Positions 9,414 through 18,085 of a stretch of DNA of 64,000 nucleotides are shown here, piece after piece. Numbering within the stretch: position 1 is the first letter of the stretch; each line of letters begins with the position of its first letter. Source of the DNA: an uncultured Chloroflexia bacterium (lineage in GTDB: Bacteria; Chloroflexota; Limnocylindria; Limnocylindrales; CSP1-4); NCBI GenBank assembly GCA_963749705.1, contig CAVVNQ010000015.1, positions 32,001-96,000 on the forward strand, in the 5' to 3' direction. Made by a program: the position numbers and the translations under genes. Below the pieces are notes generated by a model. That model was not told the origin of the DNA. It made no database searches and saw only the letters and a program-made list of their open reading frames with translations.

Positions 9414-9594
9414 GGAATATCTCCTCCACCGCTCGCTCGAAGAACCGCCCGATGGCGATCGCGAGCGGGAGCGACGGCAGATACCGACCGGTCTCGATCG
9501 AGTTGATCGTCTGGCGGGAAACGGACAGGCGAGCCGCGAGGTCACCCTGACTCAGGTTTCGAGCCTCGCGGAGCCTGCGTACCTCGTTCTGCAC
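9397..9594 (-). CDS. Cro/CI (XRE) HTH regulator
   Basis: LSQGDLAARLSVSRQTINSIETGRYLPSLPLAIAI..F...VEEIF. Confidence 0.92.
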   Translation of the reverse strand: MQNEVRRLREARNLSQGDLAARLSVSRQTINSIETGRYLPSLPLAIAIGRFFERAVEEIFHEDPA

Positions 9595-9596
9595 GC

Positions 9597-9642
9597 TGTA
9601 AAGCTACCTTGACAGGAGGGAAGGTGTCAAGGGTGCTTGTCA
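9597..9642 (-). promoter_or_regulatory. Leaderless promoter with two XRE-type operators
   Basis: Minus strand TTGACA-18bp-TAGCTT-6nt-GTG; dyads TGTAAAG-N4-CTTGACA (9597-9614) and TGTCAAG-N4-CTTGTCA (9625-9642). Confidence 0.75.
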
Positions 9643-9673
9643 GACGGACTTGTGAGGCCGGTGCGTCGGACGA

Positions 9674-9708
9674 GTGATGCGCCGACGCTCATCACGGACG
9701 GGGGTGGT
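9674..9708. repeat. Family-1 REP-like right arm (35 bp)
   Basis: GTGATGCGCCGACGCTCATCACGGACGGGGGTGGT; similar to 10856-10890 and 21627-21661. Confidence 0.75.
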
Positions 9709-9733
9709 TGCGCCGGAGCCTCGGCGGAGGCGC

Positions 9734-9804
9734 GCCGCCGATCCAGACGCCGCCGATCCAGACGCCGCCGATCCAGACGCCGCCGATCCAGACGCCGCGG
9801 ATCA
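9734..9804. repeat. 15-bp tandem repeat x4 plus partial copy
   Basis: GCCGCCGATCCAGAC repeated four times perfectly. Confidence 0.9.
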
Positions 9805-10638
9805 GGGCGCCTGGACGTGGTCGGCCCAGCGGTGGGCCGGCTCGTAGCCCAGGACGCGGCGGGCGCGATCGATCGAGAGCAGGGTCTCGCGACCCTCGAC
9901 GTGGCGGGTGAGCGGCACGGACGGGAACACCTCGGCCATGAGGTCCGCACTGGGGCGGGGCATCACCGTATCGGCGGCGGCGATGATGCACACGTCGGCC
10001 CCGGTCGTCTCCGCCTCGAGCCCGAGGCGGCAGGCGAGGGCGACATCGCGGCAGTCGACGTAGCCCCACAGGTTCCAGCGCCGGAGCCGCGCGTCGTCCC
10101 AGTAGCTCGGGAATGCGGCGTAGTCGTCGGGCTCCATGATGTTCGAGATCCGCAGCCCGACGAACGGGATCCCGGTCCGCCGGTTGAACTGGCGAGCCAT
10201 CTCCTCGCCCAGAACCTTCGACAGCGCGTACGACCACTCGGGTCGCGGTTCGATGGTCTCGTCGATGGGCGCGAACAGGGGAGGGGTGTCGAACGGGAGG
10301 CCAAGCACGGTCTCCGAGGATGCCCACACGACCCGCCTGAGGCTGTGCGCCTCGGCGGCGGCGAACACGTTGTACGTCGAGAGCGTGTTGATCCGGAAGG
10401 TCTCCGCGGGCGTTCGGATGTCCGGCGCAGGGATCGCGGCCAGGTGGACCACCGCGTCGGCGCCGCGCAGTGCCTCGTACGCCTGGCCGTCATCGGCGAG
10501 GTCCGCGACCAGGCACAGGCCATGGGTGCTGCCATCGTGCCTCGTGTCCACATTGAGGACGTCGTAGCCGTGCTCGCGCAGATCGCGGACGACCCAGCGT
10601 CCCGCCTTGCCGCTGCCACCTGTCACGACGATGCGCAT
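9802..10638 (-). CDS. NAD-dependent epimerase/dehydratase (extended SDR)
   Basis: VTGGSGKAG, VVHLAA, WASS, YALSK (YxxxK). Confidence 0.9.
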   Translation of the reverse strand: MRIVVTGGSGKAGRWVVRDLREHGYDVLNVDTRHDGSTHGLCLVADLADDGQAYEALRGADAVVHLAAIPAPDIRTPAETFRINTLSTYNVFAAAEAHSLRRVVWASSETVLGLPFDTPPLFAPIDETIEPRPEWSYALSKVLGEEMARQFNRRTGIPFVGLRISNIMEPDDYAAFPSYWDDARLRRWNLWGYVDCRDVALACRLGLEAETTGADVCIIAAADTVMPRPSADLMAEVFPSVPLTRHVEGRETLLSIDRARRVLGYEPAHRWADHVQAP

Positions 10639-10655
10639 CGCGCTCTCCCTGCATT

Positions 10656-10890
10656 GTCACTGCCGTTCGTGATGAGCCTCCGCGCATCACGACCGTGATT
10701 CTCGCCCGGAACGATTGCGCGCGGGACGGTCGCGAGGAAACGGTCGGCCGCGCCGGCGGGCGGATGTGCCCCATGGTCTTCGGGCCTGATATTGCGCCGC
10801 ATGTGCCACGTGCCACATGTGCCGCGACTTGTTCTGCACCGAATCGTCGGCGCGGGTGATGCGCGGACACTCATCGCAGATGGGGGTGGT
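10656..10890. repeat. Family-1 paired inverted-repeat element (35-bp arms, 165-bp non-coding spacer)
   Basis: Left arm 10656-10690, inverted right arm 10856-10890. Confidence 0.75.
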
Positions 10891-10996
10891 TCTGAGATCG
10901 ATGGCGTCATCCGGCACCCCGGGGCGGTCCCGATATCATGCGGATCGCCATGCGCCCGGCGGGGCAGCCGAGGGGAAGCGCCTCCGCGCCGAATGA

Positions 10997-12169
10997 TCAG
11001 CGCCAGAGATGGCCGTACGAGTGCTCGCCCTCCAGGGTGCGGCCGGCGGCGAACCGGGACAGCGCGTAGGGCGAGATGTCGACGGTGGTCGCTTGCCCGT
11101 CGAGGATCAGCTCGGTCATGCAGGCGCCGACGGCGGGCGCGGTCTTGAACCCCGTGCCCGAGAACCCGCACGCGACGTAGAACCCCTCCGGGCCGACGCG
11201 ATCGAGGATCGCGTGCTGGTCCGGGGTGATGCCGTCCTGGCCACCGTGCGCGGTCCGGTACGTGCCCTGTTCCATCCACGGGACCCGCGAGCACACGCCG
11301 TTGACGAGGGCGTCGATGGTCGAGCGGGCGAGGGGGTCCTCCGGGCGGTCGGGGGAGCCGCCGACGACGTTGTCGGTCTCGAGCCCGACGAGCATCAGCT
11401 CCCGGCCCTCGGGACGGAAGTAGATCCCGGCGGAGTGGTCGATGATGACGGGGAAGCCGGCCGACCGGCCCGCCGGCAGGCCGAAGTAGGCGGTGGCGTG
11501 GCGCCACGAATCGACCGGGAGCTCGACGCCCACGGTGGCCGCGAGGGGCGCTGCCCAGGCCCCCGCGACGTCGACCACGACCGGCGCCTCGAACCGCCCC
11601 TTGTCGGTGTCGACACCGATGACGCGGTCGCCGTCCGTGGCCACGCCCCGGACGAAGCAGCCGCCAATGTAGCTCGCGCCGAGCCGTCGGGCGGCGGCGA
11701 GGAACCCCGATGCAGTTCCGGTGGGATCGGCATAGCCGGACTCGGGCTCATGGGCCGCGATCGCGACGTCGTCGACGCGGATGCCGGGCATCAGGGCCGC
11801 GACATCATCGGCGCCGATGGTCGTGGTCGGGATGCCCACGCCCTTGAGCATCTCGACGTTCGCCCGCAACGCATCAGCCAGCTCCGCGGGAACCAGCTGG
11901 ATGAAGCCGGTTCGGACGAACCCGCAGTCGCCGTCGCCGACGATCTCCGCCCAGTCGCGGAAGTACGGGTGCGACGCCCAGGCGAATCGTGCCTCGCTCT
12001 CGAGGTCGTAGTGCATCCGGACGAACCCGGATGACCGGCCCGTGGCGCCGGCGGCAATGGTGGATCGCTCGAGTACGAGGACACGGACACCCCGACGCGC
12101 GAGGTGGAACGCGAGGCTCGCCCCCTGGACGCCTGCTCCCACCACGATCACGTCCGCGGTCTGCGCCAT
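10997..12169 (-). CDS. FAD-dependent oxidoreductase (DAO / sarcosine oxidase beta-like)
   Basis: VVGAGVQG, GATGRSSG, TPDQHAI, GFSGTGFK. Confidence 0.88.
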   Translation of the reverse strand: MAQTADVIVVGAGVQGASLAFHLARRGVRVLVLERSTIAAGATGRSSGFVRMHYDLESEARFAWASHPYFRDWAEIVGDGDCGFVRTGFIQLVPAELADALRANVEMLKGVGIPTTTIGADDVAALMPGIRVDDVAIAAHEPESGYADPTGTASGFLAAARRLGASYIGGCFVRGVATDGDRVIGVDTDKGRFEAPVVVDVAGAWAAPLAATVGVELPVDSWRHATAYFGLPAGRSAGFPVIIDHSAGIYFRPEGRELMLVGLETDNVVGGSPDRPEDPLARSTIDALVNGVCSRVPWMEQGTYRTAHGGQDGITPDQHAILDRVGPEGFYVACGFSGTGFKTAPAVGACMTELILDGQATTVDISPYALSRFAAGRTLEGEHSYGHLWR

Positions 12170-12256
12170 GTTGCCCGGGCCTCCGTCCAACGCCGTCACG
12201 TGCCCGGTCGCATGCCGGGTCGCGACAAGTCTGCCCGAAGTCCGGCCGCCGCTCGG

Positions 12257-12306
12257 GCGATCCGCGCACGGGACGCGATCCGCGCACGGGACGCGATCCG
12301 CGCACG
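12257..12306. repeat. 18-bp tandem repeat x~3
   Basis: GCGATCCGCGCACGGGAC repeated. Confidence 0.85.
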
Positions 12307-12331
12307 AGAGACGAGACGTCTCGGCGCCCAC

Positions 12332-12364
12332 GAAGAAGGGCCCGGGCGGTGCTGCCCGGGCCCT
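12332..12364 (-). terminator. Probable intrinsic terminator of the SIMPL gene
   Basis: AGGGCCCGGGC/GCCCGGGCCCT hairpin followed by TCTTC on the minus strand. Confidence 0.6.
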
Positions 12365-12395
12365 GGATGCCGGCGCTCCTCCGCGCAGGCGGTCG

Positions 12396-13184
12396 TCAGT
12401 CGATGAGGAACGACACCGAGACCTGGATCGTAACGTCGGTCGAGCCGGCCATCACCGGGGTGGCTGCGTCCGCGGCGAGAGCCCCTGCCGCGTATTCCCT
12501 GCCGTACCAGACCGGCGTGGACACGGACTCGCTCATCGATGCGACACCGGTGATCCGGACGTTGACGCCGGCCGCAAGCGTGTCGGCCTTGGCCTTCGCG
12601 TCCTTGACCGCGGCCTCGCGCGCGCTCGCCTCGGCGGCGGCCCGGTCGGCCACGTCGAACGAGATCCCATCGACGGACGAGGCCCCGGCGGTGACCGCGT
12701 CGTCGAGCACATCGGACATGACATCGAGCTTGCGAACCGTCACGGTCACGATGTTCCGGAGCTGGTAGCCGCGGATCTTGGGGGTCGCGTTCTGCGGGTA
12801 GTCGTACACGGGGCCGAGCGAGACCGCTGACGTCTGGATGTCCTTGTCGTCGATGCCCAGCTTCCTGACCGCGGCGATCACCTTGGTCATCGCGGCCGCC
12901 GCCGCGTCGCGTGCGGCCTTGGCAGTCGACTTCTCGGTGACGACGCCGAGGCTGATCGTGGCCATGTCCGGCGTGACGACCACCTTGCCGCTGCCGGTGA
13001 CCGAGATCGTGTGCTCGGGCGGCTGGTCGGCCGCGCCGGGCGTGAGGGCGGTCGTTCGCCCGGGGACGAGGACGCCGGCAAGCGCGGGTCCCGCGAGCAG
13101 GCCGACGAGCAGGCCGCCGACCGCGGCGATGGTCACCCAGGCGCCGATGCGACGGCCCCATCGAGAGAGGATCGAGTCGTTCAT
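12396..13184 (-). CDS. SIMPL (DUF541) domain protein, exported
   Basis: N-terminal signal/TM; ISVTGSGKVVVTPDMATISLGV; AREAAVKDAKAKA. Confidence 0.92.
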   Translation of the reverse strand: MNDSILSRWGRRIGAWVTIAAVGGLLVGLLAGPALAGVLVPGRTTALTPGAADQPPEHTISVTGSGKVVVTPDMATISLGVVTEKSTAKAARDAAAAAMTKVIAAVRKLGIDDKDIQTSAVSLGPVYDYPQNATPKIRGYQLRNIVTVTVRKLDVMSDVLDDAVTAGASSVDGISFDVADRAAAEASAREAAVKDAKAKADTLAAGVNVRITGVASMSESVSTPVWYGREYAAGALAADAATPVMAGSTDVTIQVSVSFLID

Positions 13185-13309
13185 GTCCGTGTTCCGTCCC
13201 CTGGTGGTGTGTTGCGGCGCGCTTTGGTCGCCGTCCGGTCATCCAGGGTTCAGACGCCACCGGGGCCCGATCGGTTGCCTGGGGTGGCGATCGTGCGCGG
13301 GAACCTCTC

Positions 13310-15106
13310 GTGCTGCTACCCTTCGGCCGCGTCCCGGAGCGAGAGGAGTGGGGGAGGTTGGGGGACCAGGCCGAGCGGCTGGTCGAGACGCAGCTCCGCG
13401 CCGTGCTGCCCGAAGGCGCGCGCCTGTACGCCAACGTCCGGTTCGTCGCGCGAACACGCCCCGCCGGGCCGGCGCACGACGGCGAGGCGGACATCGTCGT
13501 GGTGCATCCGGACAACGGAATTCTCGTGATCGAGACCAAGGCCGGCGCGCCCAGCCGCGACGGCCGTGGCCGCTGGTTCATCGGCAGCCACGAGCTCACC
13601 CGGTCTCCGTTCGAGCAGGCCGAGGCCGCCAAGCGAGATCTGGCCCGCGCGATCGAGGCGCTGCCCGCGTGGCCGTCCGGCCGGGAGCTCCGAGCCGGAC
13701 ACGCCGTCGCGTTCCCCGACGCGGACCTCGCGAGCCTCCCGGCCGGCCACCCGTTGCTCGGCCCGGACGCGCAGCCTGAGATCATCCTCGACGCCGACGC
13801 GCTGGCAACGCCCGAGAAGGCAAAGCGGGCCCTCGACCAGGTGTGGGACTTATGGGTCGGCGACGGCAGCCGCGGTCATCCACCGGGTGACGACGGGGTC
13901 GCGCTGATCGACCACTACCTCGCGCCCGCCCTCGAGCTCCGGCGGTTGCTGCGGCACGGCATCAAGGACGATCGCGAGCGTCTCCTCCGCGCATCGAACG
14001 CCCAGCTCCTCGTCCTCAACCATGCCCGCCACGTCCGGCGGGCGAGCATCGTCGGGCCGGCGGGGAGCGGCAAGTCGCTGGTCGCCGTCGAGCAGGCTCG
14101 CCGCCTGGCGAAGATGGGCTATCGAACGCTCTTCGTGTGCTTCAACCAGCCACTCGCGAGCGCCGTCATCCGGGAGCTCGACCGCGATGGCGAGCCCGAC
14201 GACCGCCGGCCGCGGGTGACCACCTTCCATCGGCTGTGCGAGACGATGGGCCGGCAGGCGGCCACGCTCGGACCCAAGCCGTCGGAGCCGATCCCGCAGG
14301 CCTGGTGGGACGAGGCGTTGCCCGGCGCGCTGCTGGGGGCGATCGACACCCTGCCCGACGAGCGGTTCCACGCCATCGTCGTCGACGAGGGCCAGGACTT
14401 CGAGCCGGGCTGGCTGGAGTCGCTCCAGTTCCTGCTGTTCGAGCCCGAGACCGGCGTGTTCTGGGTGTTCCACGATCCCGGCCAGGCACTGTTCCGCGAC
14501 GACCGGGTGGGGGAGCTGGCGGGGCTGGTCGAGCTCGAGCTGTTCGAGGACTATCGGTGTCCCGCGCCGGTCGCCGAGCTCGCGGCTCGCTTCTACCGCG
14601 GCCCGACCGCGCCGATCTCGATGACCGACGGTGCCGGCGATGCGCCGAGGCTCATCACGGCCGACCCCGGGCACGGCACCGTGGACTGCGTCCGCCGCGA
14701 GCTTCATCGCCTGGTCGATGTCGAGGGCGTCCGGCCATGGCAGATCGCCGTCCTGTCGGGCCGCGCCGCTCCGCGCAGCGACGTGTGGTGCCAGCGCGTG
14801 TTCGGCAATCTCGTCCTGTGGAACGGGGCGATCGACGAGGATGGCCAATCGCTTGGCCTGGCGGCCGACGAGGTTCCCGACGAGCCGCCCGACGGCGCGA
14901 TCGTGCGCTTCGAGAGCATCCGCCGGTTCAAGGGCCTCGAGCGCGAGGTCGTGATCCTATGCGAGCTGCCCGACGACGGCCCACGCCTCGACCAGCTCCT
15001 GTACACGGCCCTCACCCGCGCGACCACGCACCTGATCGTCATCGCGCCGCCGGCGCTGCATGAACGACTGGCGGGCGCCTCGGATCCACGTTCCCGCCGG
15101 CACTAG
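13310..15106 (+). CDS. NERD nuclease + SF1 (UvrD-like) helicase fusion
   Basis: EADIVVVHPDNGILVIETK (NERD, PD-(D/E)xK); Walker A GPAGSGKS; DEGQD; FKGLE; YTALTRA. Confidence 0.88.
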   Translation: MLLPFGRVPEREEWGRLGDQAERLVETQLRAVLPEGARLYANVRFVARTRPAGPAHDGEADIVVVHPDNGILVIETKAGAPSRDGRGRWFIGSHELTRSPFEQAEAAKRDLARAIEALPAWPSGRELRAGHAVAFPDADLASLPAGHPLLGPDAQPEIILDADALATPEKAKRALDQVWDLWVGDGSRGHPPGDDGVALIDHYLAPALELRRLLRHGIKDDRERLLRASNAQLLVLNHARHVRRASIVGPAGSGKSLVAVEQARRLAKMGYRTLFVCFNQPLASAVIRELDRDGEPDDRRPRVTTFHRLCETMGRQAATLGPKPSEPIPQAWWDEALPGALLGAIDTLPDERFHAIVVDEGQDFEPGWLESLQFLLFEPETGVFWVFHDPGQALFRDDRVGELAGLVELELFEDYRCPAPVAELAARFYRGPTAPISMTDGAGDAPRLITADPGHGTVDCVRRELHRLVDVEGVRPWQIAVLSGRAAPRSDVWCQRVFGNLVLWNGAIDEDGQSLGLAADEVPDEPPDGAIVRFESIRRFKGLEREVVILCELPDDGPRLDQLLYTALTRATTHLIVIAPPALHERLAGASDPRSRRH

Positions 15107-15128
15107 GCCGAGCAGGACTCGAGTCGCC

Positions 15129-15542
15129 CTATGCCGCCTGGGCGAGCACGGCGGCACGACGCACGATCGCGAGCAGCATGCCCGACTCGTAGGCGCCTGC
15201 CAGCTCGCCCTCCGTGAACCGGTCGCCGCGGATGATCGCGGTGATGAGCTTGACCAGGTCGTCCGCGCTGGCGCCGGCGACCAGACCTGGATCTGCGATG
15301 AGCCTCTGCGCATCGGGCGTGGCGACCCAGGCCATCCAGTCGAACGGGACGACCCAGCCGTTCGATGCCGCGATGCGGCGGAAGTCATCGGCAGCCGCGC
15401 TGTATTCGAACCAGGGCATGTGCCACACGCCGTCGGCGTCAGGCTCGCCGGTCACCCAGTGGCCGATGGTGAAGTCGGGCGCCATCAGGACGGGCTCGAA
15501 CGCCGCCAGCGCCAGGAGGCGATCGCGCTCGGTCGCCGTCAT
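15129..15542 (-). CDS. DUF6508-like protein
   Basis: FDWMAW...KLITAIIRGDRFTEGELAGAYESGMLLAIVRR pattern. Confidence 0.75.
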   Translation of the reverse strand: MTATERDRLLALAAFEPVLMAPDFTIGHWVTGEPDADGVWHMPWFEYSAAADDFRRIAASNGWVVPFDWMAWVATPDAQRLIADPGLVAGASADDLVKLITAIIRGDRFTEGELAGAYESGMLLAIVRRAAVLAQAA

Positions 15543-15552
15543 CGTCGTCCGC

Positions 15553-16266
15553 TCAGCCGGCCTTGGTGGCCGCGTCGCCGGTCGACGGTGGTTCGCCGGT
15601 CTCCGTCGCCTCGCCGTTATCGGGCTCGGCTTCGCCCGTCTCCGGCTCGGATTCGTCGTCCGCGAGCAGGCGGTACGCCTGGCGGCGGGCATCGGTCAGG
15701 ATGCGCGTGGTCTCGGACCGGGCGTGCGCGGAGCCGACGCGCTGGACCTGCATCACCGCGCCGATCAGCTGGATGGCGAGCTTGCGCAGGTCGGGCTCGT
15801 CGTCCCCGGCCCGGTCGCTCCACCGTCCGGATGCGGGGTTGGCATCGGCGGCCGCCAGACCCTGCTCGGTCAGGGTGTAGGTGCGCCGACCGTCGACCTC
15901 GTCGCTGGTCACGAGACCCTCGTCGGCGAGCTGCTGGAGGGTGGGGTAGACGGACCCCGCGCTCGGCCGCCAGCGGCCGCCGCTCTGCGCCTCGAGCTCC
16001 TGGATGACCTCGTAGCCGTGCATCGGCCGGGTCAGCAGGGTCGCCAGGATCAGCGGGCGGATCTCGCCCCGCCGGAGCCTCCCCCGGCCCCAGCCGCCGC
16101 GACCGAGCATGCCGCGGACGTCGACGGGCACGCCGTCCGGTCCGGGGCCGCGCCGGCGACCGGGTCCTCGGTGGTGATGCCGCATGTCGGCATGTCGGTT
16201 GGCGTTGCCATGGCGCCAGCCGTCGATGTTCTGGGCGATGTCGCCCTCGAATGAGCTTCGGAACAT
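15553..16266 (-). CDS. PadR-family regulator with His/Gly/Arg-rich N-terminus
   Basis: RRGEIRPLIL...PMHGYEVIQEL...WRPSAGSVYPTLQQLADEGLV; C-terminal ARRQAYRLLA. Confidence 0.92.
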   Translation of the reverse strand: MFRSSFEGDIAQNIDGWRHGNANRHADMRHHHRGPGRRRGPGPDGVPVDVRGMLGRGGWGRGRLRRGEIRPLILATLLTRPMHGYEVIQELEAQSGGRWRPSAGSVYPTLQQLADEGLVTSDEVDGRRTYTLTEQGLAAADANPASGRWSDRAGDDEPDLRKLAIQLIGAVMQVQRVGSAHARSETTRILTDARRQAYRLLADDESEPETGEAEPDNGEATETGEPPSTGDAATKAG

Positions 16267-16311
16267 GTGTGTTCCCCCTTCTTGATACGTTGCGCGGTAT
16301 CGCGCGCCATC

Positions 16312-16340
16312 ACGATATATCGGTATAGGAGGCTCGTCAA
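16312..16340 (-). promoter_or_regulatory. padR promoter with palindromic operator
   Basis: Minus strand TTGACG-17bp-TATCGT; perfect palindrome CGATATATCG (16313-16322) overlapping the -10. Confidence 0.7.
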
Positions 16341-16376
16341 GTCCGCGTCGAACGCCTCCGAGGCACGTATGGCCCT

Positions 16377-16456
16377 GCGATGAGCCTCCGCCCATCGGCG
16401 GGCGGCTCATCGGCGGCTGACGGGCGGCTCATCGGCGGCCGACGGGCGGCTCATCG
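16377..16456. repeat. Degenerate family-1 arm plus three 22-bp-period inverted partial arms
   Basis: GCGATGAGCCTCCGCCCATC (16377-16396) followed by CGGGCGGCTCATCG at 16399, 16421 and 16443. Confidence 0.65.
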
Positions 16457-16504
16457 CCCGCTGGCCCGCCGAGCGCGGCCCGAGGCTGGTCGAGCGAACC
16501 GACC

Positions 16505-16975
16505 CTACCCGAGCGCCTTGCGCATCATCACGTCGGTCTCGACATACCCGGACGTGCGGTAGAGCTCGCGGGCGACCTGGTTGGCGCCGAACACGTGGAG
16601 CCCGATCCGGTCGTAGCCGAGCGATCTCGCGAGCGGTTCCAGGGCCGCCATCGCCGCCCGCCCGTAGCCGCGTCCCCGGGCATCCTCGTTGACCACGATG
16701 TCGTAGATGAAGCACTCGCCGCTGCCGATCTCCCGCAGCGGGGCGAACCACAGGCTCCCGACCACCTCGCCGCTCTCGGTGACGATCGACCGGAGCTCGT
16801 GGCCGGGGGTCGCCAAACCGTCGGGGAGCAGCCGGGCGAACTCCGCGTCCGCGCGCGCCTGCGCCTCGTCGGCCGTCCAGGTGCCGGCGCGGACCTTCTC
16901 CAGGCCGAACTCGCGGACGGCGTCGCCGTGCCAGGCGTTCCAGGCTTCTGCTGACATCGGCTCGAGCGTGACCAT
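16505..16975 (-). CDS. GNAT acetyltransferase
   Basis: ARGRGYG acetyl-CoA motif, LHVFGAN..A..LY...GY. Confidence 0.9.
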   Translation of the reverse strand: MVTLEPMSAEAWNAWHGDAVREFGLEKVRAGTWTADEAQARADAEFARLLPDGLATPGHELRSIVTESGEVVGSLWFAPLREIGSGECFIYDIVVNEDARGRGYGRAAMAALEPLARSLGYDRIGLHVFGANQVARELYRTSGYVETDVMMRKALG

Positions 16976-17026
16976 CGGCGCAGGATACGCGACCGCACGC
17001 TGCCGTGACAGGGTACCGTAACCATC

Positions 17027-17977
17027 GTGTCCCGACCCGTCCCGCGCCTCGCCCCGAACCTGGTCGTCGTGGCGTCGCTGCTCTACTGCGGCGCGGCGTT
17101 CGGTGGCTCGTTCCTGTTCATGCGGCTGGCCGCGCCGGAGCTGCCCCCGATGATCGTGGCCTTCGGGCGGGTCCTCATCGCCGCGCTGATCCTGGTGCCG
17201 TTCGCGGGCCGGGCGCGCCTCCGGGCGATGCGCGACGGCTGGCGCGACTACGTGATCGTCGGGCTGTTCATGGCCGCCGCGCCGTTCGTGCTGTTCGCCT
17301 ACGCGGAGCGCTCGATCACCGCCGGGCTGGGGGCGATCATCAACGCGACGACCCCGCTGTGGACCGCGATCATCCTCGTGATCTGGCTGCGCCAGACGCC
17401 GACCGCCCGCCGCATCGGCGCCGTAATCATCGGCTTCGGCGGGGTCGGCACGATCGTCGGACTCGAGGGCCTGCAGCTCGCCCCGGACGCGTTCCTGGGC
17501 GTTGTCGCCGCCCTCGTCGCCGCGTCCTGCTACGGAATCGCGCTGACGTACATCCGGCGCCGGATGGGGCCGCAGCCGCCGATCCAGCTTGCGACGGGGC
17601 AGCTGATCGCCGCCGCCGTGATGCTGCTGCCGTTCGCCGCCGTCACCGCCGGCGAGGCATCGTTCACGACTGAGGCCGTGCTCGCGATGCTGGGCATCGC
17701 CGTGCTGTCGACCGCGATCGCGTGGCCGATCCTGTTCGGCCTCAACCGCGACGTCGGCCCGATGGCGACGAGCACGGTCACGTTTCTCAACCCGGTGTTC
17801 GGGGCGTTGTGGGGCGCGCTGTTCCTGGCCGAGACCATCTCGCCCACGTTCCTCGTGGGATCGCTGCTGGTGTTCGTGTCGCTCGCGCTGATCCTCGACG
17901 TTCGGCCCGCTGCGATGCTGCGGCGGTTGCGCAGGCCGGCCCCAGCGTCGGCGGTCCCGGTGCGATCGGAGGATTGA
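17027..17977 (+). CDS. DMT/EamA family transporter
   Basis: About 10 TM, GSFLFMR, INATTPLWT, TVTFLNPVFG. Confidence 0.9.
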   Translation: MSRPVPRLAPNLVVVASLLYCGAAFGGSFLFMRLAAPELPPMIVAFGRVLIAALILVPFAGRARLRAMRDGWRDYVIVGLFMAAAPFVLFAYAERSITAGLGAIINATTPLWTAIILVIWLRQTPTARRIGAVIIGFGGVGTIVGLEGLQLAPDAFLGVVAALVAASCYGIALTYIRRRMGPQPPIQLATGQLIAAAVMLLPFAAVTAGEASFTTEAVLAMLGIAVLSTAIAWPILFGLNRDVGPMATSTVTFLNPVFGALWGALFLAETISPTFLVGSLLVFVSLALILDVRPAAMLRRLRRPAPASAVPVRSED

Positions 17978-18085
17978 CCCGAACGGGCACGCGGGTTGCC
18001 CGATCGTCCGCCCGGCATCCCGTCGTCAGCCGCCCCGGCGCGGGCCACGATCTACGGATGGAAGTGGGCTCAGGGACCACCGGTC

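Noticed and set aside
9734-9804. Possible CRISPR array (also 12257, 28578, 32916 and the family-2 arrays)
   Set aside because: Units are contiguous tandem copies or inverted, with no regular unique spacers, and there are no cas genes in the window.
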